DNA of 23,314 nt, taken from positions 124,001 through 147,314 of the forward strand of contig CAXBME010000022.1 of NCBI GenBank assembly GCA_963976765.1. The letters are read 5' to 3'. A model generated the notes under the pieces. It was not told where the DNA came from and did not search any database. It saw only the letters and a list, made by a program, of their open reading frames with translations. This document shows, one piece after another, positions 8,617 through 18,242 of this stretch; within the stretch, counting starts at the first letter, position 1, and every line of letters begins with the position of its first letter. Position numbers and translations under genes: made by a program. Source of the stretch: an uncultured Planctomycetaceae bacterium. GTDB lineage: Bacteria; Planctomycetota; Planctomycetia; Planctomycetales; Planctomycetaceae.

Positions 8617-9939
8617 TCAACCCCCAGCCTGTACCCTCGCGGTTGATTTTGATTGTGCTGCCGCTTTGATTCTCGCTCCCTGTCGCGAGGTCTCTTCAAC
8701 ACTCGCCTCGTTACGAGAGCGGGCTCGTGCTTTGACGTCACGTTCCCGACTTTCATCGACAGACTCAAGCCGCCCCTGGAATTTCGAGCGCTGTGTGGTA
8801 CTCGCTTCGGGCCGAGGAGTTGGGGCGGGAGGTACCAGCACTCCGCTGATCGATCGGGACTGAGCAGCAAGTGCCGTCGATTCGGCTGTCTCACGATGAG
8901 ACTTGTCATCCGTCTGGAAATTCAGTCGCGTTCCCGAACGAATAGTCAGTCTGCCTTGTTGCTGAGAGTCCGCTGAGTTCTCCGACACATTTGAAGATTG
9001 CGAAGCTTCAAAGTTGGCCGAGGTACTGGAGTCAGTCTGACCACCACCATTCGTCCGCAGTTGCGAGTCAGCCTTTAATTGCACCTGAAACTGAGTTCTC
9101 GCTTGAGCTTCCATTCGGTCAGCGCTCTCCAGCAGTACTGTATTGCCAGATTCAATCGCCTCATCACGAATTCGATCAATATCAGCAAGCCGCTGATTCA
9201 GGGTGTTCTGCGCACGTACTCGAATGCTGCCTGCCTCGCCTTGTGCCGTCAGGCGTGTCCTATTTGTGGAACGTACGACGGCTCCAGTTTGAACAATCTG
9301 TCCTCCCGTCACTTCAGCTCCAGAACCCAGTGCCGCTGAAAGTGATCCCCCTGCGTTGATGATTGAGTCGGCGTTGGTCAATCCCGCCGACGAACGGGGA
9401 TGATCTCCAGCTGACCAGAGCTTTGAGAAACCCGATAGAAAACCCTTCGAACGGACAGATGAGTTGATCGCTCCGCGAGCTGTTGTTGAACTCCGCAACA
9501 TTGAATTGGTGACCGTATCTGCGGCGACCGACTGGCTGCTGCGGACTGCCGCGTCTGCTGAAGCTCGTACGGCACTCTGTAACGCCGCGTCGCTGGCCGC
9601 TCTGCTGGCTGAACGGACTGCGGAATCGGTTGCTGCCTGAGTTGCCGCACGGACAGCTGCATCCACCGATGCCCTGTTCGCTGATCGCACGGCAGCATCT
9701 GTGGATGCTCGGTTAGCTGAGCGGACTGCGGCATCAGTGGCCACTCGATTAGCAGACCGCACAGCCGCATCGGCTGCGGCACGGTTGGCAGAGCGAACGG
9801 CGGCATCGGTCGTCGCCCGCGTTGCCGAACTCGCGGCACTGGAACCAGTTCCGGATTGAGCAAACAGCGGTTGCGCTGAAGCCGCAAGTACCAGACCAGC
9901 AGGAAGTACGGATCTACTTAAAAAGAGTTTCAATCGCAT
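8617..9939 (-). CDS. Secreted Ala/Ser/Arg-rich protein with 12-aa tandem repeats
   Basis: ATG 9939 is preceded by AAGGACAGGTG (alternative GTG at 9948). Signal peptide ...AGLVLAASAQPLFA|Q, then 8-9 xxDAAVRSANRA repeats and one ordered-looking helical block (LNQRLADIDRIRDEAIESGNTVLLESADRMEAQAR). Confidence 0.75.
   Translation of the reverse strand: MRLKLFLSRSVLPAGLVLAASAQPLFAQSGTGSSAASSATRATTDAAVRSANRAAADAAVRSANRVATDAAVRSANRASTDAAVRSANRASVDAAVRAATQAATDSAVRSASRAASDAALQSAVRASADAAVRSSQSVAADTVTNSMLRSSTTARGAINSSVRSKGFLSGFSKLWSAGDHPRSSAGLTNADSIINAGGSLSAALGSGAEVTGGQIVQTGAVVRSTNRTRLTAQGEAGSIRVRAQNTLNQRLADIDRIRDEAIESGNTVLLESADRMEAQARTQFQVQLKADSQLRTNGGGQTDSSTSANFEASQSSNVSENSADSQQQGRLTIRSGTRLNFQTDDKSHRETAESTALAAQSRSISGVLVPPAPTPRPEASTTQRSKFQGRLESVDESRERDVKARARSRNEASVEETSRQGARIKAAAQSKSTARVQAGG
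9490..9813 (-). repeat. 36-nt (12-aa) coding tandem repeat, about 9 units
   Basis: TTDAAVRSANRA / AADAAVRSANRV / ATDAAVRSANRA / STDAAVRSANRA / SVDAAVRAATQA / ATDSAVRSASRA / ASDAALQSAVRA / SADAAVRSSQSV / AADTVTNSMLRS. Confidence 0.85.
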
Positions 9940-10361
9940 AACGTACACCTGTCCTTAATTCGATGGGAATTGAAGCGCCCCACAGGCCCAGGGAACGCAG
10001 AAGGGGCCGGAATCTAAGCGACCACACATCCACTCACCAATACGAATCAACGATGCCTCGACAACAACGATCGATTTGCGTCACGTTTATTTGTAACTTT
10101 TTCAAAGAATCGCGTGAGGAATCTAAATGTGGGTTTGGTTCGCAGCCCACACCTCCGACAGATGGGTGTAGAGTTCTGTTTCGGGACGATCAGTCCGCAG
10201 CCGGCACACACCGCAAACTCAATTAATCTGCAACTGAATACCGAATCATCAGCGAGTTTCCAGCTCTGTTATCACGGAATTTTTCGGAGCGGTGAAAATA
10301 TCGGACGTGTCTCAGCCAGTTCGCTGTTGTTTGACTTCGCATCGAATCTTGAAATGAATCA

Positions 10362-10985
10362 ATGGGAGATGACACACCACAATTACTGACGGGCGAAGAC
10401 GGCGCGACACGCTGCTGGTGGTGCGGAGCACATGCGGACTACATTGCCTACCACGATGACGAATGGGGCGTTCCCACAGTGGACGACCGACGTTTGTTCG
10501 AGAAAATCTGTCTGGAAGGCTTTCAGTCGGGGTTGAGCTGGCTCACGATTCTGAGGAAGCGGGAAAACTTCAGGAAAGCATTCAACGATTTCGATTTCGA
10601 AACAGTGGCTCGGTTTCGCAGTTCCAGCGTCAACCGGCTACTCAAGGACGCGGGCATCGTCCGGCATCGAGGCAAGATCGAATCGACTATCAACAACGCG
10701 AAGCGGGCAATGGAACTGCGGGATGAGTTCGGCTCGCTGGCAGCGTTCTTCTGGAACTTCGAGCCGGAAACGCACCCAATCTTCGATGGCAGAATCTCGA
10801 CGACAGCCGAGTCAAAACTGATGAGCAAAGAGCTGAAGAAACGAGGTTGGTCGTTTGTTGGGCCGACGACGGCTTATGCTTTCATGCAGTCCCTGGGCAT
10901 CGTCAACGATCACCTGCCAGGCTGTGCGAGCTTCAAAGCCGTCGAGAAGGCTCGAAAAAACTTCAAACGCCCCGACCCGAAATGA
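10362..10985 (+). CDS. tag: DNA-3-methyladenine glycosylase I
   Basis: RCWWC; YHDDEWGVP; LFEKICLEGFQSGLSWLTIL; IVRHRGKI; LKKRGWSFVGPTTAYAFMQ; NDHLPGC zinc-site tail. Confidence 0.96.
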   Translation: MGDDTPQLLTGEDGATRCWWCGAHADYIAYHDDEWGVPTVDDRRLFEKICLEGFQSGLSWLTILRKRENFRKAFNDFDFETVARFRSSSVNRLLKDAGIVRHRGKIESTINNAKRAMELRDEFGSLAAFFWNFEPETHPIFDGRISTTAESKLMSKELKKRGWSFVGPTTAYAFMQSLGIVNDHLPGCASFKAVEKARKNFKRPDPK

Positions 10986-10994
10986 GAATCCTGC

Positions 10995-12188
10995 GTGAAA
11001 TTAAAACGGCTGCCCGAAGACTTTCAGGTCGACGAACTGTCGGAGGTCGCTCCGTCGTCCGGTGAGTATTCCCTTTACCAGTTGACCAAGCAGTCAATCG
11101 GGACTCCCGAGGTGATTAACTCCGTCGTGGAACGCTGGAATATCCCTCGTCGACGTATCAGTTACGGCGGCCTCAAGGACAAACACGCGCTGACGACGCA
11201 GTTCGTCACCGTGCATCATGGTCCACGAAAACCGATGTCGCAGAGGTCGTTCGAGCTGTTGTACCTCGGTCAGGTCAGCCGACCTTTCACTGCCGAGGAC
11301 ATTGCCGGCAACCGATTCACCATCACGCTTCGAGACATGACCACTGAAGAGGTTGAACTTGCCAGGGCCGCCGCCAGCGATGTCCGCCGAGACGGACTGC
11401 CGAACTACTTCGATGATCAACGCTTCGGATCGCTGGGATTTTCCGGAGAATGGATCGCGAAGCCGTGGTGCCTGGGAAACTGGGAACGAACTCTGTGGCT
11501 GGCACTCGCTGATCCGCATCCCGACGACCGCTCCGACGACAAAAAGCAGAAGGAAATTCTGCGCGACCTCTGGGGCCGCTGGGGCGAGTGCAAACAGGCA
11601 CTCGATCGTTCACATCGACGCAGCATTGTGACGTTCCTCGCCGACAAAGAAGCCGCCGGCAAGCTGATCGATTTTCGCGGCGCGTTCTGCAATCTGAATA
11701 TCGACCTGCGAGGCCTCTACCTCTCCGCTTTTCAGAGTGCCCTCTGGAATCGAATGCTCACCCGGCGTCTGAAAGAAAATGCCGCTCCGGAAGCGATCAT
11801 CCCGTTCGAATTGAAAAGTGGTCCAGCCTGTTTCGTGACAGCTTTCTTGTCGCCGTGGAGCAACTCGGCTGCCGCTCCGCTCGAAGACGAACTCCCGCTT
11901 CCTTCCGCGCGAGGAAAACTCGAAGAAGGTCCCACACTCGACCTGCTCAACGCCGTCGTTGCTGAAGAAGGTCTCGAAAAACGACAGCTCCGAGTCAAAT
12001 ACCCGCGTGACAGTTTCTTTTCCAAATCAACTCGCAGGACAATCATCGAGATTCCGGAGCTGGAGTTCGAATCTTCTGACGATGAGCTTTACCCGAATCG
12101 TCAAAAAGTAGAGCTTGCCTTCGACCTCCCCCGAGGCAGCTACGCGACGATCCTCGTCAAACGGCTGACGGTTTCGAACGCTGGGTAA
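10995..12188 (+). CDS. truD: tRNA pseudouridine(13) synthase TruD
   Basis: GTG start; KRLPEDFQVDE; catalytic GLKDKHALTTQ; GNRFTITLR; PNYFDDQRFG; SAFQSALWN; FDLPRGSYAT. Confidence 0.93.
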   Translation: MKLKRLPEDFQVDELSEVAPSSGEYSLYQLTKQSIGTPEVINSVVERWNIPRRRISYGGLKDKHALTTQFVTVHHGPRKPMSQRSFELLYLGQVSRPFTAEDIAGNRFTITLRDMTTEEVELARAAASDVRRDGLPNYFDDQRFGSLGFSGEWIAKPWCLGNWERTLWLALADPHPDDRSDDKKQKEILRDLWGRWGECKQALDRSHRRSIVTFLADKEAAGKLIDFRGAFCNLNIDLRGLYLSAFQSALWNRMLTRRLKENAAPEAIIPFELKSGPACFVTAFLSPWSNSAAAPLEDELPLPSARGKLEEGPTLDLLNAVVAEEGLEKRQLRVKYPRDSFFSKSTRRTIIEIPELEFESSDDELYPNRQKVELAFDLPRGSYATILVKRLTVSNAG

Positions 12189-12268
12189 AAGTTCGTGGTC
12201 GAGCAACTGCCCGAACGCTTCACGAGAAATTCGGGACGTCCTGACGACATCATCCATCAGGATTTGAC

Positions 12269-14353
12269 TCAAGCTGGCTTTTCAGGTTTGGGAACTCGCC
12301 CACCTCGGCCTGAACTTTTTCTTCCGCGACGCGACTTCTTTGACTGAGCTTTCGCCGGCTCCGAATCGCTCATCGGAACTTCCTGCCCGATCTGCTGCTT
12401 GAGCTGCATGATGCGGTCTCGAAGCTGCGCAGCACGCTCGAATTCCAGGCCTTCGGCGGCTTTCATCATCTCGCCTTCCAGCTCGTTGATAAATTCCTGC
12501 GTGACGTAGTAAGTCTCGTTCACGCCTGCCGTTTCCTGAACGAGATTATGCGCGGCGATTTCTTCTTCGATGCCTTTTCGGATGGCCTTCTGAATTGTCT
12601 CGGGCGTGATTCCGTTAGCCTGGTTGTAAGCCAGCTGAATTTCACGCCGGCGGTTCGTTTCGTCGATCGCCTGCTGCATCGAGTCGGTCACTTTGTCCGC
12701 GTAGAGAATGACCTTCGCGTTGACGTTTCGGGCGGAGCGACCAATTGTCTGAATCAGACTCGTGGCACTTCTCAGGAAGCCTTCTTTGTCAGCGTCCAGA
12801 ATGGCGACCAGCGAAACTTCAGGAAGATCGAGTCCTTCTCGCAGCAGGTTCACACCGACGCACGCATCGAACTTCCCTTCACGCAGCTCCCGCAGAATTT
12901 CGACACGTTCAATCGCGTCGAGTTCTGAATGAAGCCATTTGCAGCGAATACCTTCTTCAAGCATGTAAGTCGTCAGGTCTTCCGAAAGACGTTTTGTCAG
13001 AGCCGTGACGAGCACACGTTCGCCGCTTTCAGCACGCAGACGAATCTGCTCCATCAGATGTGGAACCTGACCACGTGCGGGAATGATGTGAATTTCCGGA
13101 TCGACCAGGCCCGTCGGACGAATGACCTGTTCGACGATTTCGCCTTTGGTTTGTTCGAGTTCCCAGTCAGCCGGCGTTGCCGAAACCAGGATTCGCTGAC
13201 CGGGTCGTTTGATAAACTCATCAAACTTCAGCGGGCGATTATCAAGCGCCATCGGTAACCGAAAGCCATGTTCAACCAGCGTTGTTTTACGCGAATTGTC
13301 GCCAGCCCACATCGCTCGAATCTGCGGGATCGTGACGTGCGACTCGTCGATCATCAGCAACGAATCTTCGGGGAAGAAATCGAGCAGCGTGTACGGCGGC
13401 TCGCCCGGCTTGCGATCGGCCAGGGCGCGAGAATAATTCTCGATGCCCGGACAGAAGCCCGTTTCCCGCAGCAGTTCGATGTCGTACCGCGTGCGAGCTT
13501 GCAGCCGCTGAGCTTCCAGCAGCTTGCCTTCCTTCTTGAAGTGTTCCAGCCGTTCGTGCAGTTCGGCTTCGATCAGCAGGACCGCGGCTTCGATCCGATC
13601 CATCGGCATGACGAAATGCTTCGCCGGATAGATGTAGATTTCGATCTGCTTCTTCGCCTCTTCACCGGTCAGCGGATTAATGATCGACAGCTTCTCAACT
13701 TCGTCGCCCCACAGTTCAATGCGAAAAGCAAACTCTTCGTACGCCGGCCAGATTTCGATGACGTCGCCCCGTGCGCGAAACTTTGCGCGAGCGAGTTCGT
13801 AGTCGTTACGTTCGTAGTGAATATCGACCAGCTTAAGCAGCAGTTTGTCTCGATCGATTTCATCCCCGATCTGCAGAGGGACCATCATTTCGAGATAATC
13901 TTTCGGTGAACCCAGACCGTAAATACAGCTCACGCTCGCCACGACGATGACATCCCGACGGCTGACCAGCGCGCTGGTCGCCAGGAGCCGCAGCCGGTCG
14001 ATTTCTTCGTTGATCGACGAATCTTTTTCGATGTAGATGTCCCGCGCGGGGATGTACGCCTCAGGCTGGTAATAGTCGTAGTAGCTGACGAAGTACGACA
14101 CCGCGTTGTTGGGAAAGAACTCTTTGAACTCGCCGTAAAGCTGAGCGGCCAGCGTTTTGTTATGCGACAGAACGAGCGTCGGGCGGTTCATCTGAGCGAT
14201 GACGTTGGCCATGGTGAACGTCTTGCCGGAGCCGGTGACTCCCAGCAGAACCTGATCGCGTTTGCCTTCCTGGATGCCGCTGACGAGTTTCTCGATCGCC
14301 GCCGGTTGGTCGCCGGCCGGTGCGTAATCGCTGACAAGTTCGAAGTCGTGCAT
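12269..14353 (-). CDS. uvrB: Excinuclease ABC subunit B
   Basis: Likely start ATG 14353 ([17 protein letters not shown]); [56 protein letters not shown]-terminal UVR motif [11 protein letters not shown]. Confidence 0.98.
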   Translation of the reverse strand: MHDFELVSDYAPAGDQPAAIEKLVSGIQEGKRDQVLLGVTGSGKTFTMANVIAQMNRPTLVLSHNKTLAAQLYGEFKEFFPNNAVSYFVSYYDYYQPEAYIPARDIYIEKDSSINEEIDRLRLLATSALVSRRDVIVVASVSCIYGLGSPKDYLEMMVPLQIGDEIDRDKLLLKLVDIHYERNDYELARAKFRARGDVIEIWPAYEEFAFRIELWGDEVEKLSIINPLTGEEAKKQIEIYIYPAKHFVMPMDRIEAAVLLIEAELHERLEHFKKEGKLLEAQRLQARTRYDIELLRETGFCPGIENYSRALADRKPGEPPYTLLDFFPEDSLLMIDESHVTIPQIRAMWAGDNSRKTTLVEHGFRLPMALDNRPLKFDEFIKRPGQRILVSATPADWELEQTKGEIVEQVIRPTGLVDPEIHIIPARGQVPHLMEQIRLRAESGERVLVTALTKRLSEDLTTYMLEEGIRCKWLHSELDAIERVEILRELREGKFDACVGVNLLREGLDLPEVSLVAILDADKEGFLRSATSLIQTIGRSARNVNAKVILYADKVTDSMQQAIDETNRRREIQLAYNQANGITPETIQKAIRKGIEEEIAAHNLVQETAGVNETYYVTQEFINELEGEMMKAAEGLEFERAAQLRDRIMQLKQQIGQEVPMSDSEPAKAQSKKSRRGRKSSGRGGRVPKPEKPA

Positions 14354-14395
14354 AAGAAAAGAATTACTTTGGCAGAAGGTGCAACACTGAATTTC

Positions 14396-14465
14396 AACGC
14401 AGAGGAGCACAGATTGTGGCACGACACATCCAGATTATCTGTGCCGATCCGTGAAAATCCGTGGC
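14396..14465. repeat. CACGGAT/CACAGAT-triplet palindromic element
   Basis: On the minus strand, gccacggattttcacggatcggcacagat ... aatctgtgctcctctgcgtt starts directly after the stop of the upstream gene. The gcacagat/atctgtgc arms pair. Confidence 0.6.
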
Positions 14466-16742
14466 TCATTCTTCATTCTGCTGCAGACGGGCTTCGAGGT
14501 TCGCTCGAAGTTTCAGAACCTGGTTGACGTCCATGCCTTCCGGTCGTTTGTCGAGCATCCAGTCGATATCGACCATCGCTTCTGGAATTCGACCGCTGCG
14601 AATTCGCATGTCAATTCGTCGTGCTCGGTTTTCCAGGCTGTCCGGATCAATGACCAGTGCCGTGTCGAGGTAACGCAGGATCGAATCCACGTCGCGGTCT
14701 TCTTCCGCTACGCCTCGCAGATTGCTGAGCATTCTCAGCAGAATTGCTTTCGGCGTCGACGCTTCCAGAAACGATTCGATCAGTCGGTCCGTCTCTTCCT
14801 TGTCAGCCTGTCCGGCCAGACGCGCCCGGATCATTGCCTCAGCAGTCTCTGGCGTAATAAGAGATGCGTTTTCAAAAACGTCGATGAGTCTGGAATCACC
14901 CTCTTCCGGCTCAAAACGAACGACGAAGTGTCCCGGCAATCCGACACCGACCACTTTCAGATCGAGCCGCCTCGCCAGCTCCATGTAGAGCACCGACAAA
15001 GTGATGGGCAGTCCTTCGCGATCGTCGATCACTTCGTTGAGATAGCTGTTCGACCGGTGGTAGTAGTTGGTGCGGCTGCCATGAAAGCCAAGCTGCTCGA
15101 ACAGAAACCGGTCGAGCGTCGCCAGACGGTCCTGTTCGGAAGCATCGTCGACAATCTCTGACTTGATGTCGGCGACCAGTTGTTCGACTTCATTGAGATA
15201 AACGTCAACGTCGACTTCCTCATTATCGATTCGAGAAAGCAGCAGCGCTGCGCGAAGCAGATCAAAGTCTTCCGGCTTCTTCGCCACTTCATCGGCGAGT
15301 TCCTGCTGAGTACGGCGGGCGTGCACGGCGACGGCAAGTTCCCGAATTCGCAGAGCACGCTGCTCCAGAAGTTTGGCTTCGCGACGCAGCACTTCGGATG
15401 TCGACATCCCATCGGGCAACAGTTTGTTGACGACGTCGTCACTCGCAGGTCGATCAATGGGAAGCGAGGCGACGGCTTCGGTAATTCGTTTCACGATTTC
15501 GTCCGAAGGTCGTTCGCTGTTCAGATTCCGCCCGATACGGAAGCGACGAAACTCGCCTTCGGTGTTTCGAAACTTGCATAGCCCAACCGCACCCTCGCTC
15601 AGCCCGGAATCCGTCGATTCGATGACCAGTTCGTCGTTCACGTAGCAAAGAATTCGCTCAGCCTCGACGCGAACTTTGAGATCGTTCCAGTCATTCGGCA
15701 CGTACGCCTTGTGAGAAACCTCGGCCAGAACATTCCACTGATAAACGCTCGACCCGTTAAACCGTGTCAGCCGCAGACGACCGTTGCTCGGGTAAAATCC
15801 GTAGTGTCTGTTGTTGCCGTCGGAGTGAAAAACCAGCCCTGCAGCGCCCTCTTCGGGTGAGAAACGGACGGACACAGCAAGCTCAAACGGAACTTCCGGC
15901 GGCTTTGAAGTCGACAGGCAAAGCGAGCGGCCACCGAAACCACTGCCAGTCTCGTCCACGCTGATGCGGCCAGCGCGTTGCCTCCAGCGTGCTCCGAAAA
16001 CTGTCGTCCATTCCCGCTTGTCGATCGTGCCAATTGTCGTCCAGCGGGACATTGGAATCGGATTCGGCTTTTCAAGCAGCGGCTTCAACGCGTTCACGAC
16101 GACCGCGAATCCCAGGTTCTGAGTCACTTGAGACTTGAGCGTGACAATGCCGTGAACTCGGCCCTGCATGTCGAGCAGCGGTCCGCCGCTGTTGCCTCGT
16201 TCGATCGGGATCGCGACCTGAATCATCGGCTTGCCGTCGAGTTCGCGTTTCTCAGAAACAACTCCGCTGACAACGCTGTGCCGAAGCCCCAGCGGGTTGC
16301 CGATCGCTATGACCTGCTCACCCTGCTTCAGCGTGTCCGAATCTCCCAGCTCCAGAGCCGGCAGATCCTTCGCGTCGATCTTCAACACGGCCAGGTCCAT
16401 CGACTTTTCCGTCGCATACACAGCAGTTACGGCAAACGCTCGCCCGTCTGTGAACTGAACTTCAATGGGACGGGCTTCGCCAATGACGTGCAGATTCGTG
16501 GCGATCAGGCCGTCGGGTGAAACGACAAACCCCGTTCCCAGCCCCTGCTGTTTCCCGTCGCGTCCGGAAAACGAAACAACGACCACCGACTTGCGGACGC
16601 GTTCGGCGAGAGCGGCGACCGTCGGCTCCATGTCCGAGCCTTCTGCCGCAACCGGTTTATCGTCGACCTCGTCCGCGCCGGCAGACGGCAACAAGACAGC
16701 AATGCTGAAAAGGACGAAGCATGTAGAAATCAGGCAACGCAT
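14466..16742 (-). CDS. Exported multidomain protein: trypsin-like (S1C/HtrA-type) serine protease + DUF1080-like beta-sandwich + SirB1/Transglut_core2-like + TPR
   Basis: Signal peptide (...LLPSAGA|DE); GTGFVV, TNLHVI, DLAVLK, IERGNSGGP; AAGLVFH...WNDLKVRV...CYVNDELV...GAVGL; LGFHG...YY...NSYLNEVIDDREGLPITLSVLYMELARRL...GVGLPGHFVV; ILLRMLSNL followed by TPR helices. Confidence 0.85.
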   Translation of the reverse strand: MRCLISTCFVLFSIAVLLPSAGADEVDDKPVAAEGSDMEPTVAALAERVRKSVVVVSFSGRDGKQQGLGTGFVVSPDGLIATNLHVIGEARPIEVQFTDGRAFAVTAVYATEKSMDLAVLKIDAKDLPALELGDSDTLKQGEQVIAIGNPLGLRHSVVSGVVSEKRELDGKPMIQVAIPIERGNSGGPLLDMQGRVHGIVTLKSQVTQNLGFAVVVNALKPLLEKPNPIPMSRWTTIGTIDKREWTTVFGARWRQRAGRISVDETGSGFGGRSLCLSTSKPPEVPFELAVSVRFSPEEGAAGLVFHSDGNNRHYGFYPSNGRLRLTRFNGSSVYQWNVLAEVSHKAYVPNDWNDLKVRVEAERILCYVNDELVIESTDSGLSEGAVGLCKFRNTEGEFRRFRIGRNLNSERPSDEIVKRITEAVASLPIDRPASDDVVNKLLPDGMSTSEVLRREAKLLEQRALRIRELAVAVHARRTQQELADEVAKKPEDFDLLRAALLLSRIDNEEVDVDVYLNEVEQLVADIKSEIVDDASEQDRLATLDRFLFEQLGFHGSRTNYYHRSNSYLNEVIDDREGLPITLSVLYMELARRLDLKVVGVGLPGHFVVRFEPEEGDSRLIDVFENASLITPETAEAMIRARLAGQADKEETDRLIESFLEASTPKAILLRMLSNLRGVAEEDRDVDSILRYLDTALVIDPDSLENRARRIDMRIRSGRIPEAMVDIDWMLDKRPEGMDVNQVLKLRANLEARLQQNEE

Positions 16743-16850
16743 AAAGAACTCCCGAGCTGGAATGACCGGGATAAGCTATCACCTGGACAGGGCCGCGGGG
16801 TACTCAGCATCAAAAGCGTACCTATCGCGACCGCCTGACAACGCAACACT

Positions 16851-18242
16851 CTAAGCGTCGCGGGTTGCTCGCGGAGTCGCAGACTCTGCTCGGCGACGTT
16901 CCTGCTCCGGTTGAGACAAGAGGTGCGGCCGGGGAGGGCCGTCGAGATTGGCCTCTTCAATGCGCATGATGCGGTTGCCAATCTGGTCGAGCCGTTGAGT
17001 CACTTCGTCCATCCGCTGATCGACAGCCTGACGAAGTTCCTGAGACGTCTGCTCCATGCCGGCAGAGATCAGCGTCACGATGCCAAGAAACAACAGCATC
17101 TGGCCAATGGTCGCACCGAGCCAGCCATACGGTGCGTAATTTGCCGGCCCGCCGAAGTAGGACACAATGACTCCGCACGTTCCAGCCGTCAGACAGATAA
17201 TGCCCAGATAGGCCAGCATCTGCCCGATGTTGTTGTACCAGCCGCCTGGAGATGTCTGTGCTGGAGTCTGGCTGGCTGAAACAGGAGTCGAAACCGGTTC
17301 CGGATTTCTGCTCGGCTGATGCGTGGCGTCAGTTCGGCGGCTCGTTTCCGTTCGCGACGGAACTGGTTCGTCAAACGCGGACGACATGGCACGGGAATGA
17401 AGGTCGTCGTGATTTCCAGAATCGCTTCGAGCTGCACTTACCTGCCGAGGCGGACTGACTTCGTGAGTTGGGAAACTGGCCGCCATTCCCGCCGCAACAG
17501 ATGTGTGGTCATCGGTCGTCGGCCTCCCTTCCGACGACGGCATGTCCGTCGCCGCACTGGCCTCGGCCCGAGCTTCAGTGATCTTCGAAACGCGAGCCAT
17601 AATTTCGCGAGTCAACCGATCCAGCTCTGCGGAACTGGCAGCAGCCGCTGCGGCCGACGCCGTGGTGATCGCTTCAGGTTCGTTGTCCACGGCGACCACC
17701 TCTTCACTGGAAACTTTTTTGGCTGCGGGAGCAGCAGCATCCGGTTTCACACTCGATCCCTGAGCGGACGATTTGACCTCATCCGCCGCCTTTGGAGACT
17801 CAGCCTTTGGAGACTCAGAAACAGCGACGAAGTCTCTTTCGTCAATCGTTTCGATGTTGCGCGCGTCGTCACTGCGGGCATCATCGGAACTTACACTCGC
17901 CAATTTTTCTGGAGCGTCGTCGCTGCGTTCTACGGAACGCCGTTCTTCCGGACCGTGTTCTTCCGGACCGAACGTAGTCGCGACGGGAGCAACCGGCGCC
18001 GATTCAATTTTTCTGGGTGGCCCGTAGGGATCGAAAAAGTGGCCCTTCGCCCAGCGATCAAGCAATTGACGAGCTTCCGCAGCGCGTGTCTCAGGGCGGG
18101 CGGCGGGCACGACAGTCGAGGTCTGATCGCGAGACGTGCCGACAGCTCCAGCGAGTAAATGTCCGCAATTCGAACAGCTTACTCGTCGATTATCCGCGCC
18201 GACCTCAGTCGCCACGTCGCTCTGGCAAACGCTGCACCACAT
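16851..18242 (-). CDS. Hypothetical membrane protein: N-terminal Zn ribbon, long disordered linker, two TM helices, coiled coil
   Basis: MWCSVCQSDV...CSNCG; Ala/Ser/Pro/Glu-rich middle; GQMLAYLGIICLTAGTCGVIVSYF and WLGATIGQMLLFLGIVTLI; MDEVTQRLDQIGNRIMRIE. Confidence 0.8.
   Translation of the reverse strand: MWCSVCQSDVATEVGADNRRVSCSNCGHLLAGAVGTSRDQTSTVVPAARPETRAAEARQLLDRWAKGHFFDPYGPPRKIESAPVAPVATTFGPEEHGPEERRSVERSDDAPEKLASVSSDDARSDDARNIETIDERDFVAVSESPKAESPKAADEVKSSAQGSSVKPDAAAPAAKKVSSEEVVAVDNEPEAITTASAAAAAASSAELDRLTREIMARVSKITEARAEASAATDMPSSEGRPTTDDHTSVAAGMAASFPTHEVSPPRQVSAARSDSGNHDDLHSRAMSSAFDEPVPSRTETSRRTDATHQPSRNPEPVSTPVSASQTPAQTSPGGWYNNIGQMLAYLGIICLTAGTCGVIVSYFGGPANYAPYGWLGATIGQMLLFLGIVTLISAGMEQTSQELRQAVDQRMDEVTQRLDQIGNRIMRIEEANLDGPPRPHLLSQPEQERRRAESATPRATRDA

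Noticed and set aside
8414..8620. 68-aa ORF, or a frameshifted continuation of the repeat protein at a G5 run
   Set aside because: No recognisable motif or RBS, and five Gs is too short to argue for phase variation.
9490..9813. CRISPR-like 36-nt periodicity
   Set aside because: The units are contiguous, in-frame and synonymously diverged, with no spacers or cas genes.
10092..10117. ECF-sigma-like promoter (TGTAAC...CGTG)
   Set aside because: Too short and degenerate to support without TSS data.
10362..14353. DNA-repair (SOS) cluster of tag and uvrB
   Set aside because: The genes are convergent and separated by truD, and no shared operator was seen upstream of them.
14354..14422. Cys-rich N-terminal extension of UvrB in the ORF track
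   Set aside because: It overlaps a palindromic repeat, and UvrB homology begins at Met 14353.
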